DNA from: Octopus sinensis | Taxonomy: Eukaryota | Reading direction: 5' to 3' | DNA: 64,000 nucleotides | Assembly: GCF_006345805.1 (NCBI RefSeq) | Contig: NC_043010.1 | Location: 5,022,001 to 5,086,000, forward strand | Shown: positions 1-11,876 of the stretch, piece by piece | Layout of the letters: each line of letters starts with the position of its first letter | Position numbering within the stretch: the stretch's first letter is position 1 | The notes under the pieces: generated by a model | What the model saw: only the letters and a program-made list of their open reading frames with translations | What the model was told of the DNA's origin: nothing | Databases searched by the model: none | Translations under genes and position numbers: made by a program

Positions 1-217
1 CAACAACAAGATCATCATAAACCTCCCCTCCTCCTCTTCCCCTTCATCCTCATCATCATCATCGTCATCGTCGTCATTATCCTCATCATCATCCTCATCA
101 TCCTCATCATCATCCTCATCATCCTCCTCCTCCTCCTCCTCCTCCTCCTCATCATCATCATCATCATCATCATCCTCCTCATCATCATCATCATCCTCCT
201 CCTCATCATCATCATCG

Positions 218-266
<49 letters not shown>

Positions 267-295
267 GAACAGCAGCAGCAGCAACAACAACAACA
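1..295. repeat. (CAT)n/(CCT)n trinucleotide microsatellite
   Basis: Direct reading; explains the poly-Met/Arg ORF 15..293. Confidence 0.97.
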
Positions 296-433
296 GTTAA
301 ATAATCCAACCTGCCTTCCCCCCCCTGTTATCACTTAATCATGACAGAGGGGCAGCACCCATCTCCTTCTCAAGAACTCTGTGACTGATTAAAAGGAAGA
401 AAGGTAAAGTTATCCTCAAACCAGAGACATAGG

Positions 434-1055
434 TTAACTCTTTAGGATTTAATCCGACCTTGCCCAGCCAGAATATTGAACCTGTTTTATGTTCAAGCCA
501 AACAGATCCAGACTCTCACACCTTCCTTATAATGTCATTCTCAAAATAAATAATCGCATAATCAAAATCTTGAAGCTATAACATAATCTCTCTATATATA
601 AAGCTGAAGTTGTCTGTGTATGGCAGGTTTGGCAGCCTTCAACTAACACTATCTTCTCCAAGACCCTGCAGCGGAAATTTGACCAAAATTGAGAGTATGA
701 TAGAAGAAGACTTGCTCTTCCTTCCATACAAGAAAAAATTCAAATTAGACCATGTTAACACCAGAAATTATTTACATCAAAAAGGCGCTTTTTTCTATGA
801 AAATCCCTATTTTTTACGATTTTTTACTGCTGTCTTGCCATTTTTCGGTGTATTTCAACCAGAAAAATTTTCACTTAGAGAGAATAACAAGCTACATAAT
901 GCAAAATACTTTTACTTTTCAAAAATTCCAATTCTAAAGGGTCGAAACAAACCCGAGCAACGCCGGGCGATACTGCTAGTGTATCATAAATTGAAAACGA
1001 TGTAAAGAAATAAGCATTACAGTTGACAGAGTAATCATAGTGCTGAAAGGGTTAA
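434..1055. mobile_element. piggyBac-like MITE interrupted by a Helitron
   Basis: TTAA-CTCTTTAG...CTGAAAGGG-TTAA ends; with 587-979 removed it is colinear with the copy at 56307-56535. Confidence 0.7.
587..979 (+). mobile_element. Non-autonomous Helitron
   Basis: A|TC start, 3' hairpin CCCGAGCAACGCCGGG, CTAG|T end, no TSD. Confidence 0.8.
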
Positions 1056-1213
1056 ATATCTGCTGCAGAATGGCCTCACAAAAAGGTACCAGTTTAATAA
1101 CTAGGTAATGAAGTCTAACACTGACATAAGCCATAGTGAAATTTGAGCTCAGAATGCAAAAAGCTGGAGCCAGGCAGCTCCAGCTCTAACAAATCTACTG
1201 GTTTTAGGCTTTT

Positions 1214-1650
1214 TTTTACTCTTTTACTTGTTTCAGTCATTTGACTGTGGCCATGCTGGAGCACCGCCTTTAGTCGATCGAGCAAATTGACCCCAGGACT
1301 TATTCTTTGTAAGCCTAGTACTTATTCTATCGGTCTCTTTTGCCGAACTGCTAAGTTACGGGGACATAAACACACCAGCATCAATTGTCAAGCGATGTTG
1401 GGGGGACAAACACAGACACACAAACATACACACACACACACACACATATATCCCTCTCTCTCTTTCGGAGAGGCACTGAGCAGCTATCCGCACACATACA
1501 CACACAGCAGTAACTTCCACCTACCGAATTCAATCACAAAGCTCCGGTCGGCTCGGGGCTATAGTGGAAGACACCTACCCAAAGTGCCAGGCAGTGGACT
1601 GAACCCGAAACCATGTAGCTAGGAAGCAAGCTCCCGAACCACACAGCCAT
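1214..1650 (-). mobile_element. SINE family A (tRNA-like head, CORE-like GGGCAAGTGTCTTCTACTATAGC block, internal CA/TA microsatellite, AAAGAGT tail)
   Basis: About 20 mutually similar full or partial copies in the window; extra head at 1752-1908. Confidence 0.85.
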
Positions 1651-1673
1651 GCTCGTGAAGCCCATCGTATATA

Positions 1674-1733
<60 letters not shown>

Positions 1734-2643
1734 ATATATATATACATATATACGATGGGCTTCTTTCAGTTTCCGTCTACCAAATCCACTCACAAGGCTT
1801 TGGTCAGCCCGAGGCTGTAGTAGAAGACACTTGCCCAAGGTGCCACACGGTGGGACTGAACCCAGAACCATGTGGTTTGTAAGCAAGCTACTTACCACAC
1901 AGCCACTCCTACGCCTATGATCCCAATCATACTGGTTACTTTATCTATCGACCCTAGAAGAATTGAAAGCAGATGGGAAATAGACAGGATTTTAATCTAA
2001 AATTCAAAGAGCCAGAATAAATACTACAAGACACTCATCAAACAATTCTTTCCATTCACCACTTCTACGCTATAACAGATACAGTACGGCACTTGCTTAT
2101 TCCGAAATTGAGTTCTGCGAAAAAACAATTTTATTTGAATGTAAATGTCTTTGAATCATACGCCATATTGTAAGTGCGAGAGGAATGCATCTTAGCTCTG
2201 TAAACCACCAAACTTCCTTCCGTTTCCAGCTTTGTTCAGAGTTTCATTAGATTATTCTCTTTCCAATCTCTAACTTTCCCTCTATCTGTCTCTACATATC
2301 CCCCCTCCTCTTACTCTCTCTCATTCTCTCTCTCTACTTCTACCTGTATTGTGCAGCCACTTAAAGTAGAGGAGGGAATTCTCTTACTTGCTTGCTTCTC
2401 TCAAGAGTATTAGAGATATAAGCAAACAAAAATGGTCACAAATTGAAATAGCTTATATTGAAAATCAAAACTGGATTTCTTATCTTCACTACAGTGCTTG
2501 TCACAGCATTTCATTTTAGTCGAAATATTAAAACACTTTTCAATGACATTTTAATTTAATGTATATTTTACTTCCAGAAGACATTCTACATTATCATACA
2601 CAAACACACACAAATATATATAAATGTGTGTGTATATATTTAC

Positions 2644-2675
<32 letters not shown>

Positions 2676-3643
2676 ATATAAGAGATATCAAAATTTTAAA
2701 ATCATAAGTAGATGCGAAATACCATCCTTCTAGTCTTCTAATATTTCAATCTCATTCGGTTAATGTAAATATTTAATTGAACCAGGAAACTAGAATTATT
2801 GTGTCTTGTAAATAATGAATCACTAGATATTTATTCTAATCTTCTGGGTCGTTAAAATAATGTTCTTGGAATTATTTCGTGATGTTTGAAAGAATTTGAT
2901 GTTTCACAGAGAAAGATTATACAGAAGTTAATTCAATCAAAGACACCCCTTCCCAAGGAAAGTTGGTTTGTACCTATGTGAGGAATCGTTATGGTTTTAG
3001 AGAATAGTATTGTGTTTAATTCTTAGGAAAGCTTACATCATCAGTGAGTATCTTTTTATCTTTACAGGACTTGTTTTTGCCTTTCAGTCCTGGTACTTAT
3101 TCTATCAGTCTCTCTTTTTGCTGAACTGCTAAATTATAGGGACGTAAATAAACCAACAACATTTGTTTAGTGGTGGTGGAGGACAAAAACAAACAAACAC
3201 ACACACACATGTATATGTCAGGATTCTTTCAGTTTCCATTTACCAAATTTGCTCACTAAGTCAACCCGAGGCTGTAGTGGAGGACACTTGCCCAAGGTGC
3301 CATGGATACCAAAACACATACTTCTGGATTCGGTGGGATTGAACCCAGAACCATGTGTTTGGAAGCAAGCTTTTTACCACACACCTACACTTGTCTTTAC
3401 GTTCATTTTTATTATCTAATTTTTTAAAGTTTGGTATTTATTCTATCAGGGTCTCTTGCTGAGACACTAAGCTATGGGAACATAAACAAACCCACATCAG
3501 TAAGCTGTGCCAGTAGGAGAAATGTGGAAAACACAGACACAATGACACACACTGATAGACATAGATATATATGCATGTATGTATATATATATACATATAC
3601 ACACACACACATATGTGTGTGTTTATGTGTACATATATATATA

Positions 3644-3687
<44 letters not shown>

Positions 3688-3688
<1 letters not shown>

Positions 3689-3991
3689 CACCGTGATCAC
3701 CGTGACCAACCAGGCTATCAGATGTTGCTACACATCGCTGGTCACAATGCGCTTAGCATTGTTTTAGCCTTCAAATGACACCACCCCGCTAGCTAAGTGA
3801 GCAGGCCAACAGACGAAAGAGTGAGAGAAAGTTGTGGCGAAAGAGTACAGCAGGGATCGCCACCCCCACCGCCCTGCCGGAGCCTCGTGGAGCTTTAGGT
3901 ATTTTCGCTCAATAAACACTCACAACACCCGGTCTGGGAATCGAAACTGCGATCCTACGACCGCGAGTCCGCTGCCCTAACCACTGGGCCA
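3688..3991 (-). mobile_element. SINE family C (tRNA-derived)
   Basis: Pol III A box TGGCCCAGTGGTT and B box GTTTCGATTCC; related copies at 17733-18050, 22888-23192, 39566-39868. Confidence 0.85.
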
Positions 3992-4148
3992 TATATATAT
4001 ATTCACAATTTAGGTTAGTTGAAATATGTTTGTCACATATTTCATCTGCTAAAGCCAAATACACTGCAGTTACCATGAAGAAAAAATCTCTCATGGTATA
4101 AAAAGTGTGAAAATACCCCATTCATTCAGTGTCGCCCTCTCTTGGGAA

Positions 4149-4193
4149 TCTCAGACATCAATGTTTCGAGTTTATTGACTCTTGTTGATGAGA
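4149..4193 (-). ncRNA. Hammerhead-like motif, U3:A8 variant, G5A mutated
   Basis: TCTCA-TCAACAA-GAG(N8)CTC-GAAA-CAT-TG-ATG-TC^TGAGA. Confidence 0.55.
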
Positions 4194-4199
4194 GGTACA

Positions 4200-4244
4200 T
4201 CTCATCGACAAGAGACAATAAACTCAAAACATCCATGTCTGAGA
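4200..4244 (+). ncRNA. Hammerhead-like motif, U3:A8 variant, G12A mutated
   Basis: TCTCA-TCGACAA-GAG(N8)CTC-AAAA-CAT-CC-ATG-TC^TGAGA. Confidence 0.55.
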
Positions 4245-4434
4245 TTCCCATGAGAGGGATGACACTGAATGAATGGGGTATTTTCACACCTTTTTACCAT
4301 AAAGAGAGATTTTTTGTCTCCATGGTAACTGCAGTGTATTTGGCTTTAGCAGATGAAATATGCGACAAACATATTTCAACTAACCTAAATTGTGATTATA
4401 CATAAACTCTGCTTAGCACATTTACTCCGACATA

Positions 4435-4735
4435 TCTTTATATATAAAAGTCAAGTTGTGTGTGTCTGTCTCCTACGATTTAGATTCCTAACTACTCCCA
4501 CATTTTGCGGTGCAGTTTAACCAAAAGCGGGTATCTTATAGTCGTGATTCATATCGAGCCCTTCTGGGTATTAGCGCGCATCTACAATGAGTCTATGATT
4601 TAAAAAAAAATTTACCAACACTTTTTCCATTTTTAATGCATTTTTTTTGCTATTATATAAGGGAAGTAACTCTCTAAAAATGCTTATATAGTTATTTCCC
4701 TTACAAACCCGAGCAACGCCAGGCGATACTGCTAG
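4435..4735 (+). mobile_element. Non-autonomous Helitron
   Basis: A|TCTTTATATATAAAAG ... CAACGCCAGGCGATACTGCTAG|T. Confidence 0.85.
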
Positions 4736-4871
4736 TGTATTATATAGGATATGATTGGATCAACATACAGAGCCTCATGTTAATATCTTGTCTAAGTAGC
4801 TTACTTCTGGGCACCCTCCATCAAGTATTCACCTGACATGTGATATCATAACTAAGACAACACTTTTGGGG

Positions 4872-6165
4872 TGTGTCTGTGTGGTAAGAAGTTTGTTTCG
4901 CAACCGCATAGTTCCAAGTTCAGTCCCATTGCATGGCACCTTGGGCAAGTGTCTTCTGCTATAGCTTCAGGTTGATCAAAGCTTTTGAGTGGATTTAGTA
5001 GACAAAAACTGAAAGAGGCCTGTCACACACTGACACACACACACACACACATAAATGTGTGTCCTTGTGTCTGTTTGTCCTCCATCACTGCTTGACAACC
5101 AATCTTGGTGAGTTTACATCCCTATAACTTAGCAGTTCAGCAAAAGAGGGTAATAAAATAAGTAAAAAAATACTGGAGCTACTTCATTTGACTAAAAATT
5201 CAAAGCAAGGCTCCAGCATGGCCGTTGTCTAATGACTAAAACAAGTAAAAGAAATAAAAAATGAAAGACATCTTTGAAGCATTTTCTCTCATTTTACTTG
5301 TTTCAGTCTTTTGACTGCGGCCATGCTGGAGCACCACCTTTAGTCGAGCAAATCAACCCCAGGACTTATTCTTTGTAAGCCTATACTTATTTTATCGGTC
5401 ACTTTTGCTGAACTGCACCACCATCAGTTGTCAAGCGATGTTATGGGGACAAACACAGACACACATACTCTTTTACTCTTTTAGTTGTTTCAGCTATTTG
5501 ACTGCGGCCATGCTGGAGCGCCGCCCTTAATCGAGCAACTCGACCCCGGGACTTATTCTTTGTAAGCCCAGTACTTATTCTATCGGTCTCTTTTGTCGAA
5601 CCGCTAAGTAATGGGGACATAAACACACCAGCATCGGTTGTCAAGCAATGCTAGAGGGACAAACACAGACACACAAACACACATACATAGATACATATAT
5701 ACAATGGACTTCTTTCAGTTTCCGTCTTCCAAATCCACTCACAAGGCTTTGGTCGGCCCGAGGCTATAGTAGAAGACACTCGCCCAAGGTGCCACGCAGT
5801 GGGACTGAACCCGGAACCATGTGGTTCGTAAGCAAGCTACTTACCACACAGCCACTCCTAGGCCTATACATATATACGACGGGCTTCTTTCAGTTTGTCT
5901 ACCAAATTCACTTACAAGGCTTTGGTCGACCCGAGGCTATAGTAGAAGACACTTTCCCAAGGTGCCATGCAGTGGGAATGAACTCAGAACCTTGTGATTA
6001 CTTACCACACAGCCACTGGTTAAAAAGCTTGCTTTGCAAGCATGTGGTGTCAGGTTCAGGGCTGCTGCATGGCAACATGAGCAAGTGTCTTCTACTATAG
6101 CTCCAAGTTGACCAATGCCTTGTGAGTAAATTTGGTGGAGGGAAACTGTGTGGAAGCCTATCGTG
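4872..6165. mobile_element. Cluster of SINE A copies in both orientations
   Basis: + copy 4872-5258; - copies 5290-5466, 5467-5857, 5875-6017; + head 6018-6165. Confidence 0.85.
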
Positions 6166-6656
6166 TGTATGTGTGTGTATGTGTGTGAGCACGCATGCAC
6201 GCACGCGCATGCATACTCGTGCACACGTACTAGCATATATGTGCTTTATGTTTCTTTGTACTGCTGCCAGAATCTGGTGTTAGTTTATTTACGTCCACCT
6301 AACTTGGTAGTTGTAGAATAAGTACCAAACTTAAAAAATGAAATAAAATAAAAATTAGGGCCAGGGTCGATTTCTTCCATTGAAGCCCCCAAGGTGGTTC
6401 CCATCATGGCCGCAGGCCGCAGTCATATGGCAGAAAGAAATAAAAGATATAATAACTTTTTGAAAGAATTTTGAAATATTTGAATCGGCGTTTGTAATCG
6501 GCGTTTTTTTTACTTTTTTTTCCTTCATTTCTACAAAATCCAGTATTTTTCCTGGTAAGCCAGTCTTTTTTCTTTTAACCTTTTTGTTATAGGCACAAGG
6601 CCTGAAATTCTGGAGGTGGGGGCTAGTCAACCACATCGATTTCAGTACTCAACTGG

Positions 6657-7086
6657 GGATCTTCTCGGTTTGAACGGCAGTTTTTTCTAGGGGTGTCATA
6701 TGAAATTGTCACCCATAATTATGACCCAAGTATCGATCTATTGCATTTCAATCTGTTATAGGGCTAGGGTTAGGGTTGGGTTAGGGGTGGGGGAAGGGTA
6801 TCTTTTTTTCTTCAGAAACGTAAATAAACCCAATCTATTTCTTAAACGAGGGACATATTCATACGGCACAGAATGTTTTCACCTCAATAGACGTCATTGA
6901 TTGGTTGAACTTGCAGAAATTGAAGAAAAACAAAACAACAAATATCTTACAAACCATAGAATTTTCTCAATAAAGCCAAGAGAAAAAGATGTTTTATAAA
7001 CACATTCTACCAGTATACGAAGTTTAAAAGTGTTTAGTTACGTGGAAATTATTTTTAAAAAACTGCCGGTCAAACCGAAAAGATCC
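6657..7086. mobile_element. Mutator-like MITE containing TTAGGG-like tract, inserted in SINE B
   Basis: TIRs GGATCTTCTCGGTTTGAACGGCAGTTTTT / AAAAACTGCCGGTCAAACCGAAAAGATCC; 9-bp TSD CTCAACTGG/TTCAACTGG. Confidence 0.75.
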
Positions 7087-7551
7087 TTCAACTGGTTCTT
7101 ATTTTATTGACCTCGAAAGGATGGAATGCGAAACCGACCTCGGTCGAATTTGAACTCAGAGCGTAAAGCCATAAGAAATGCGCTACTCTTTATACGCTCG
7201 AGGGGTTAATCGAGAGTCAGGTGTTTTGTTCATTGAAGCAGTTACCTGTAAGGCAAAGTGTCTGGTATTCTGTTTACAGTCCAGGAACCTGAGAGCACTT
7301 ACCTACCTCACCCTACTGTCTACATTCACATGTGTTTTCAATAATCTAATACGAAGTATAAACCGAACACACACACACGTATTGATATGAAATGAAATCA
7401 TCTGTGAACACAACAGATATTATAAGCCAATAAGGAAGCCGCTACGTGGCTGTTCTGCTAGAAACAGCAGCTAGATATATCACATATTACAGTTTACTGT
7501 CTTAAAATATGCAATCTTAGTGCGTAGGAGGCACGGAAAAGCAGTGCTGTG

Positions 7552-7659
7552 GGATTTTCACTTTGACCGGCAGATTTTTAAAATAATTTCTTTGTAACTA
7601 ACCACTTTTAGTTACAAAGAAATTATTTTTAAAATCTGCCGGTCAAAGAGAAAAGATCC
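7552..7659. repeat. Hairpin made of two copies of one MITE terminus
   Basis: About 50-bp arms, 6-nt loop; arms match the TIR region of 6657-7086. Confidence 0.85.
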
Positions 7660-7949
7660 AAGTGTTTAATTCACTGCAAACGACAATAAAAACGGTTTTT
7701 TTTTTACTGGTCATCTTCCTAAACGTGTTTGAACTTATCCAAAAGTATGTTTAGTTCTAGATATTTAAAAAAAGATGGGATGGCCTTAATTGGAATGCCT
7801 TTCGTTTGGATCGATCCCTGGCTAAGCAACATCTTAAACGTTTCTACAACGACACACGCACCTTGGCTCCTTAATTCAAGCCATCGATCGATAAACGAGA
7901 CTTAATAGCTACATATGACTGTGCTGGTGTATATCTATTCTTAAAGCAG

Positions 7950-8022
7950 GCCATAATGGTATTCTAGTAAATATTATCAGACCGGCAACTGTGTACCATT
8001 ATGCAAAGGAATTTACGCAAAA
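7950..8022 (+). CDS. Candidate internal exon (GHNGILVNIIRPATVYHYAKEFTQ), product unknown
   Basis: TATCTATTCTTAAAGCAG acceptor, AA|GTAATA donor, one open frame; no homology recognised. Confidence 0.25.
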
Positions 8023-8245
8023 GTAATATATTTGTTTGCATTTTAATAAATATCTTTCGGTCCTATTATCATGGGAAGAAGTGGTGAAGAAATTCAAGTG
8101 CATTACTTAACCATAATGATACCTGTTTGCTACTCCAAAGTCGGCGAAAATACCCACGTGTACCTAATACTACGACGAGAATAATAAATACATTTGGAGT
8201 GGAATCTATGTGTATTTTTATAGATACACTGTCATATGCGTATCG

Positions 8246-8290
<45 letters not shown>

Positions 8291-8377
8291 TATAGATAGA
8301 TAGATAGAGAGAGATATATATATAGAGATATATATATATATATAGATAGATAGATAGATAGATATAGATATATATAT

Positions 8378-8416
<39 letters not shown>

Positions 8417-8421
8417 TAGAT

Positions 8422-8472
<51 letters not shown>

Positions 8473-8490
8473 TAGATATATAGATAGAGG

Positions 8491-8563
<73 letters not shown>
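8246..8563. repeat. (GATA)n microsatellite
   Basis: Direct reading. Confidence 0.97.
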
Positions 8564-8564
<1 letters not shown>

Positions 8565-8847
8565 GCTCTGGGCACCATGTGTGTGGATGTTTGGTCAAGC
8601 ACTCTTAAAGTTAAGTCTATGCATTGATGTGTTCTTATATGGATAAAACAACTTAGTAAGGAAATGCGAGATACATAACCACTGAAACACATATTTAACA
8701 TAGAATAGAACACACACACATACACATTCTTACACTCACATACATTTGTATAGCATAGACGTACGTATTTACATAAACAAATTAGTTGCTCCATTATAAA
8801 TATTCACAATCATGTTTCTATATGCATGTATGTATGTATGTACGTCA

Positions 8848-9880
8848 TTCTTCAATTTTATTTCAAGATTTCTTGCCAATAGAGAAAGAGTCGGTTTTTA
8901 ACCAAGATCCAAGGCTCCTTAATTGGAATTGCAACATCAACAACAGGGTATGTTATGTATGTATGTATGTATGTATGTGTGCAGGTCTGTATGCTTTGCT
9001 TTATGTATGTATTCACATGCATATAGTTACATATCTAGACATGCTCATATATGTTTAAAATGGTAAACTTCTGGAAAGTTTTACAAATTTTTACAGTTCC
9101 AGTGATGGATTGGATCTGTTGTCTTTGAATTAGCTTTCTCCTTTCTGGTTTTGAGAATCCTAATTTCTCAAGATTGGTATTTAGGCAGTGTGTTACATAT
9201 CCCAGGGCCCCATTAACTACAGGTATAAACCTGAACTTGTAATCTGGATAGAGTAACTGCAGATTTCTCACTAGTTCAGCATAGATATTCTCTTTTTCAC
9301 TGATCTTCAGCTTTATGTTAACATCTGCTGGGCAGCTGATTTCCACAACTGTACACAGTCTCTCTCTTCTCTATCCAAATCATTATATTAGACCTGTTGT
9401 GCTTATATTTTATTGATGTCTTCACTGGGACATTCCACCAGTATTCCTTTTTATTAGGAGTGGCTATGGATTCTACCATACTGTGGGTTCTTATTTCTCT
9501 GTTCTCGGCCTTATCCTTCCGATGGATTTCATGGTAGAGTATCCTTGCTACAGCACCATGTCTCATCAGTAGATAATACTGTGATGACATTTTCAGACAA
9601 CTACTTATGATGTGGGTGATATCTTTGGTATTAACTCCGCAAAGTCTACATTGGTTGTCACATTTTATTGCTTTTCCTGCATCTCTATCCCTTTTATGAA
9701 TCAAATATTTGATTGATATTTCTTGTTCCTGGATTGAAAATGCATACCTTTCAAAGTAGGAGGTAGTAATCCAGCTATTAGTAAATGATAGACTGCTTTG
9801 ATGATCAATGTTACTGTCATCTCGGAGCTTTCTACTGACATATCCATGCATAGTCTTCTGCTCATATAGGCTCATCCTTT
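8848..9880 (-). mobile_element. 5'-truncated R4/Dong-clade non-LTR retrotransposon (zinc knuckle plus restriction-like endonuclease), frameshifted
   Basis: CRLCGVNTKDITHIISSC (CCHC), MRHGAV (RHD-like), NRSNIMIW (RPD-like), VEISCP..EKENIY, PVVNGALG; 3'UTR with AATAAA. Confidence 0.85.
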
Positions 9881-10630
9881 CATGCATGTATGTATGTATG
9901 CATACATGCATGTATGTATGTATGTATGTATGTATGTATGTATGTATGTATGTATGTATGTATGCATGTATGTATGTATGTATGTTTGTTTGTATGCATG
10001 TATGTATGTATGTATGCGTACATGTATGCATGTATGTATGTATGTATGTATGCATGCATGTATGCATGTATGTATGTATGTATGTATGCATGCATGTATG
10101 TATGTATGTATGCATGTATGCATGCATGTATGCATGTATGTATGCGTACATGTATGCATGTATGTATGTATGTATGCGTACATGTATGCATGCATGTATG
10201 TATGTATGTATGTATGCATGTATGTATATATGTGTGTATGTATGTGTGTATGTATGTATGTATGTATGTATGTATGCATGCATGTATGTATGTATGTATG
10301 CATGCATGTATGTATGTATGTATGTATGTATGTATGTATGCATGCATGTATGTATGTATGTATGCATGTATGCATGCATGTATGTATGTATGTATGCATG
10401 TATGTATGTATGTATGTATGCATGCATGTATGTATGTATGTATGCATGTATGCATGCATGTATGTATGTATGTATGCATGCATGTATGTATGTATGTATG
10501 TATGTATGTATCTATGCATGCATGCATACATGTATGTATGTATGTATGTATGTATGTATGTATGCATGCATGCATACATGTATGCATGTATGTATGTATG
10601 CATGTATGTATATGTGTGTGTATGTATGTG
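9880..10630. repeat. (TATG/CATG)n array
   Basis: Direct reading; source of six spurious long ORFs. Confidence 0.97.
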
Positions 10631-10631
10631 G

Positions 10632-10880
10632 CAGAACATTGTGTTATTGAGCAAGACACTTTATTTCACATTGTTCCAATCTACTCAGGTGGCAAAAATG
10701 AGTAGTATTTGTGTTTCAAAGAGCAAGCCTTGTCACATTCTTTGACATGTTGAATCTCCCAGAGAACTACATTGAGGGTACGCATGTCTGTGGAGTACTC
10801 AGCCACCTGCGCATTAATTTCACGAGTAGGTTGTTCTGTTGATCAGATCAACTGGAACCCTGGTCATCGTAACCGACAAA
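10632..10880 (+). mobile_element. SINE fragment (GAGCAAGACACTTTATTTCAC core with distinct tail)
   Basis: Core shared with 38350-38608; tail has a degenerate inverted copy near 11760-11870. Confidence 0.55.
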
Positions 10881-11420
10881 GTGCCTAATGTTTACTTTCC
10901 GTTTTTTTGTTCTTTCTCTATTTTTTTTTTTTACCTATCATCCCTTCCTGACGGAGAGCATAGGCTTGAAATGTCAAACACTTTTCCACTCTTCCCAAGC
11001 GTCAAGCTAATACACTTGCTTTGTCTTTTCTTTTCTGTAAATTAGAACTATATATCACCACCACCACCACCACCATCATCATCATAATCATCATTTAACG
11101 TCCATTATCCATGCTGGCATGGGTTGGACAGTTTAACCAGAGCTGGCAAGCTGGGGAGCTGCACCAGAATCCAGTCTGATTTGACATGGTTTCTATGGTT
11201 GGATGCCCTTCCTAATGCCAACCACTTTACAGAGTGTGCTGGGTGCTTTTTCGTGGCACCCACATGGGTGCTTTAAGTGGCACTGCATAGGCACTTTTAC
11301 GTGACATGGCACGGTATGGGCACTTTTATGTGACACTGTATGGGCGTTTTTATATGACGCCACATAGGTATTGGAATAAACACAAAACAAATTATTGATG
11401 TTCTGTGTGTTCCACATTCT

Positions 11421-11478
<58 letters not shown>

Positions 11479-11876
11479 ACATTAATATTCAAACTCATGA
11501 TTCCGTCAGCTGCATGCAAATTTTAAAAAGGGGATACTAAAAAGAAAAATAAAGAACACATTTATACTCAAATAAGCAAAGTTAGTAATATTTAGATTAA
11601 GCGTTGGTAAATAACGAAACATTTATATACTGACTCATAAGAAAAACGGATTTTTATGGGAACATGCATTGAAACATAAACTTGTAAACACAGTTACATA
11701 TAAATAGTTAGACATGCATAGGACAGTACAAGACAGTATGAAGATGGATTCTCTGCTGGCCTGGATGATAAGCATTCAGTTGTTTCACAAATCGAATTCC
11801 TACTTTTGAAATTAATGTGTACATGGCAGAGAATTCCACAGGCACGTGTATCCTTAACATAATTCTCATGGTGAAT

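Larger units (their letters stand above)
4003..4395. repeat. About 190-bp-arm near-perfect inverted repeat (foldback)
   Basis: 4003-4193 is the reverse complement of 4200-4395 with scattered mismatches; 6-nt spacer GGTACA. Confidence 0.95.

Noticed and set aside
8069-10745. Long ORFs of 240-370 aa with YLSI, HTYI or MYVC repeats (also 16403-17607, 32195-33031, 50048-53165)
   Set aside because: Stop-free translations of GATA, TATG, CA and CT microsatellites; only the retroelement portion of 9318..10427 is real coding homology.
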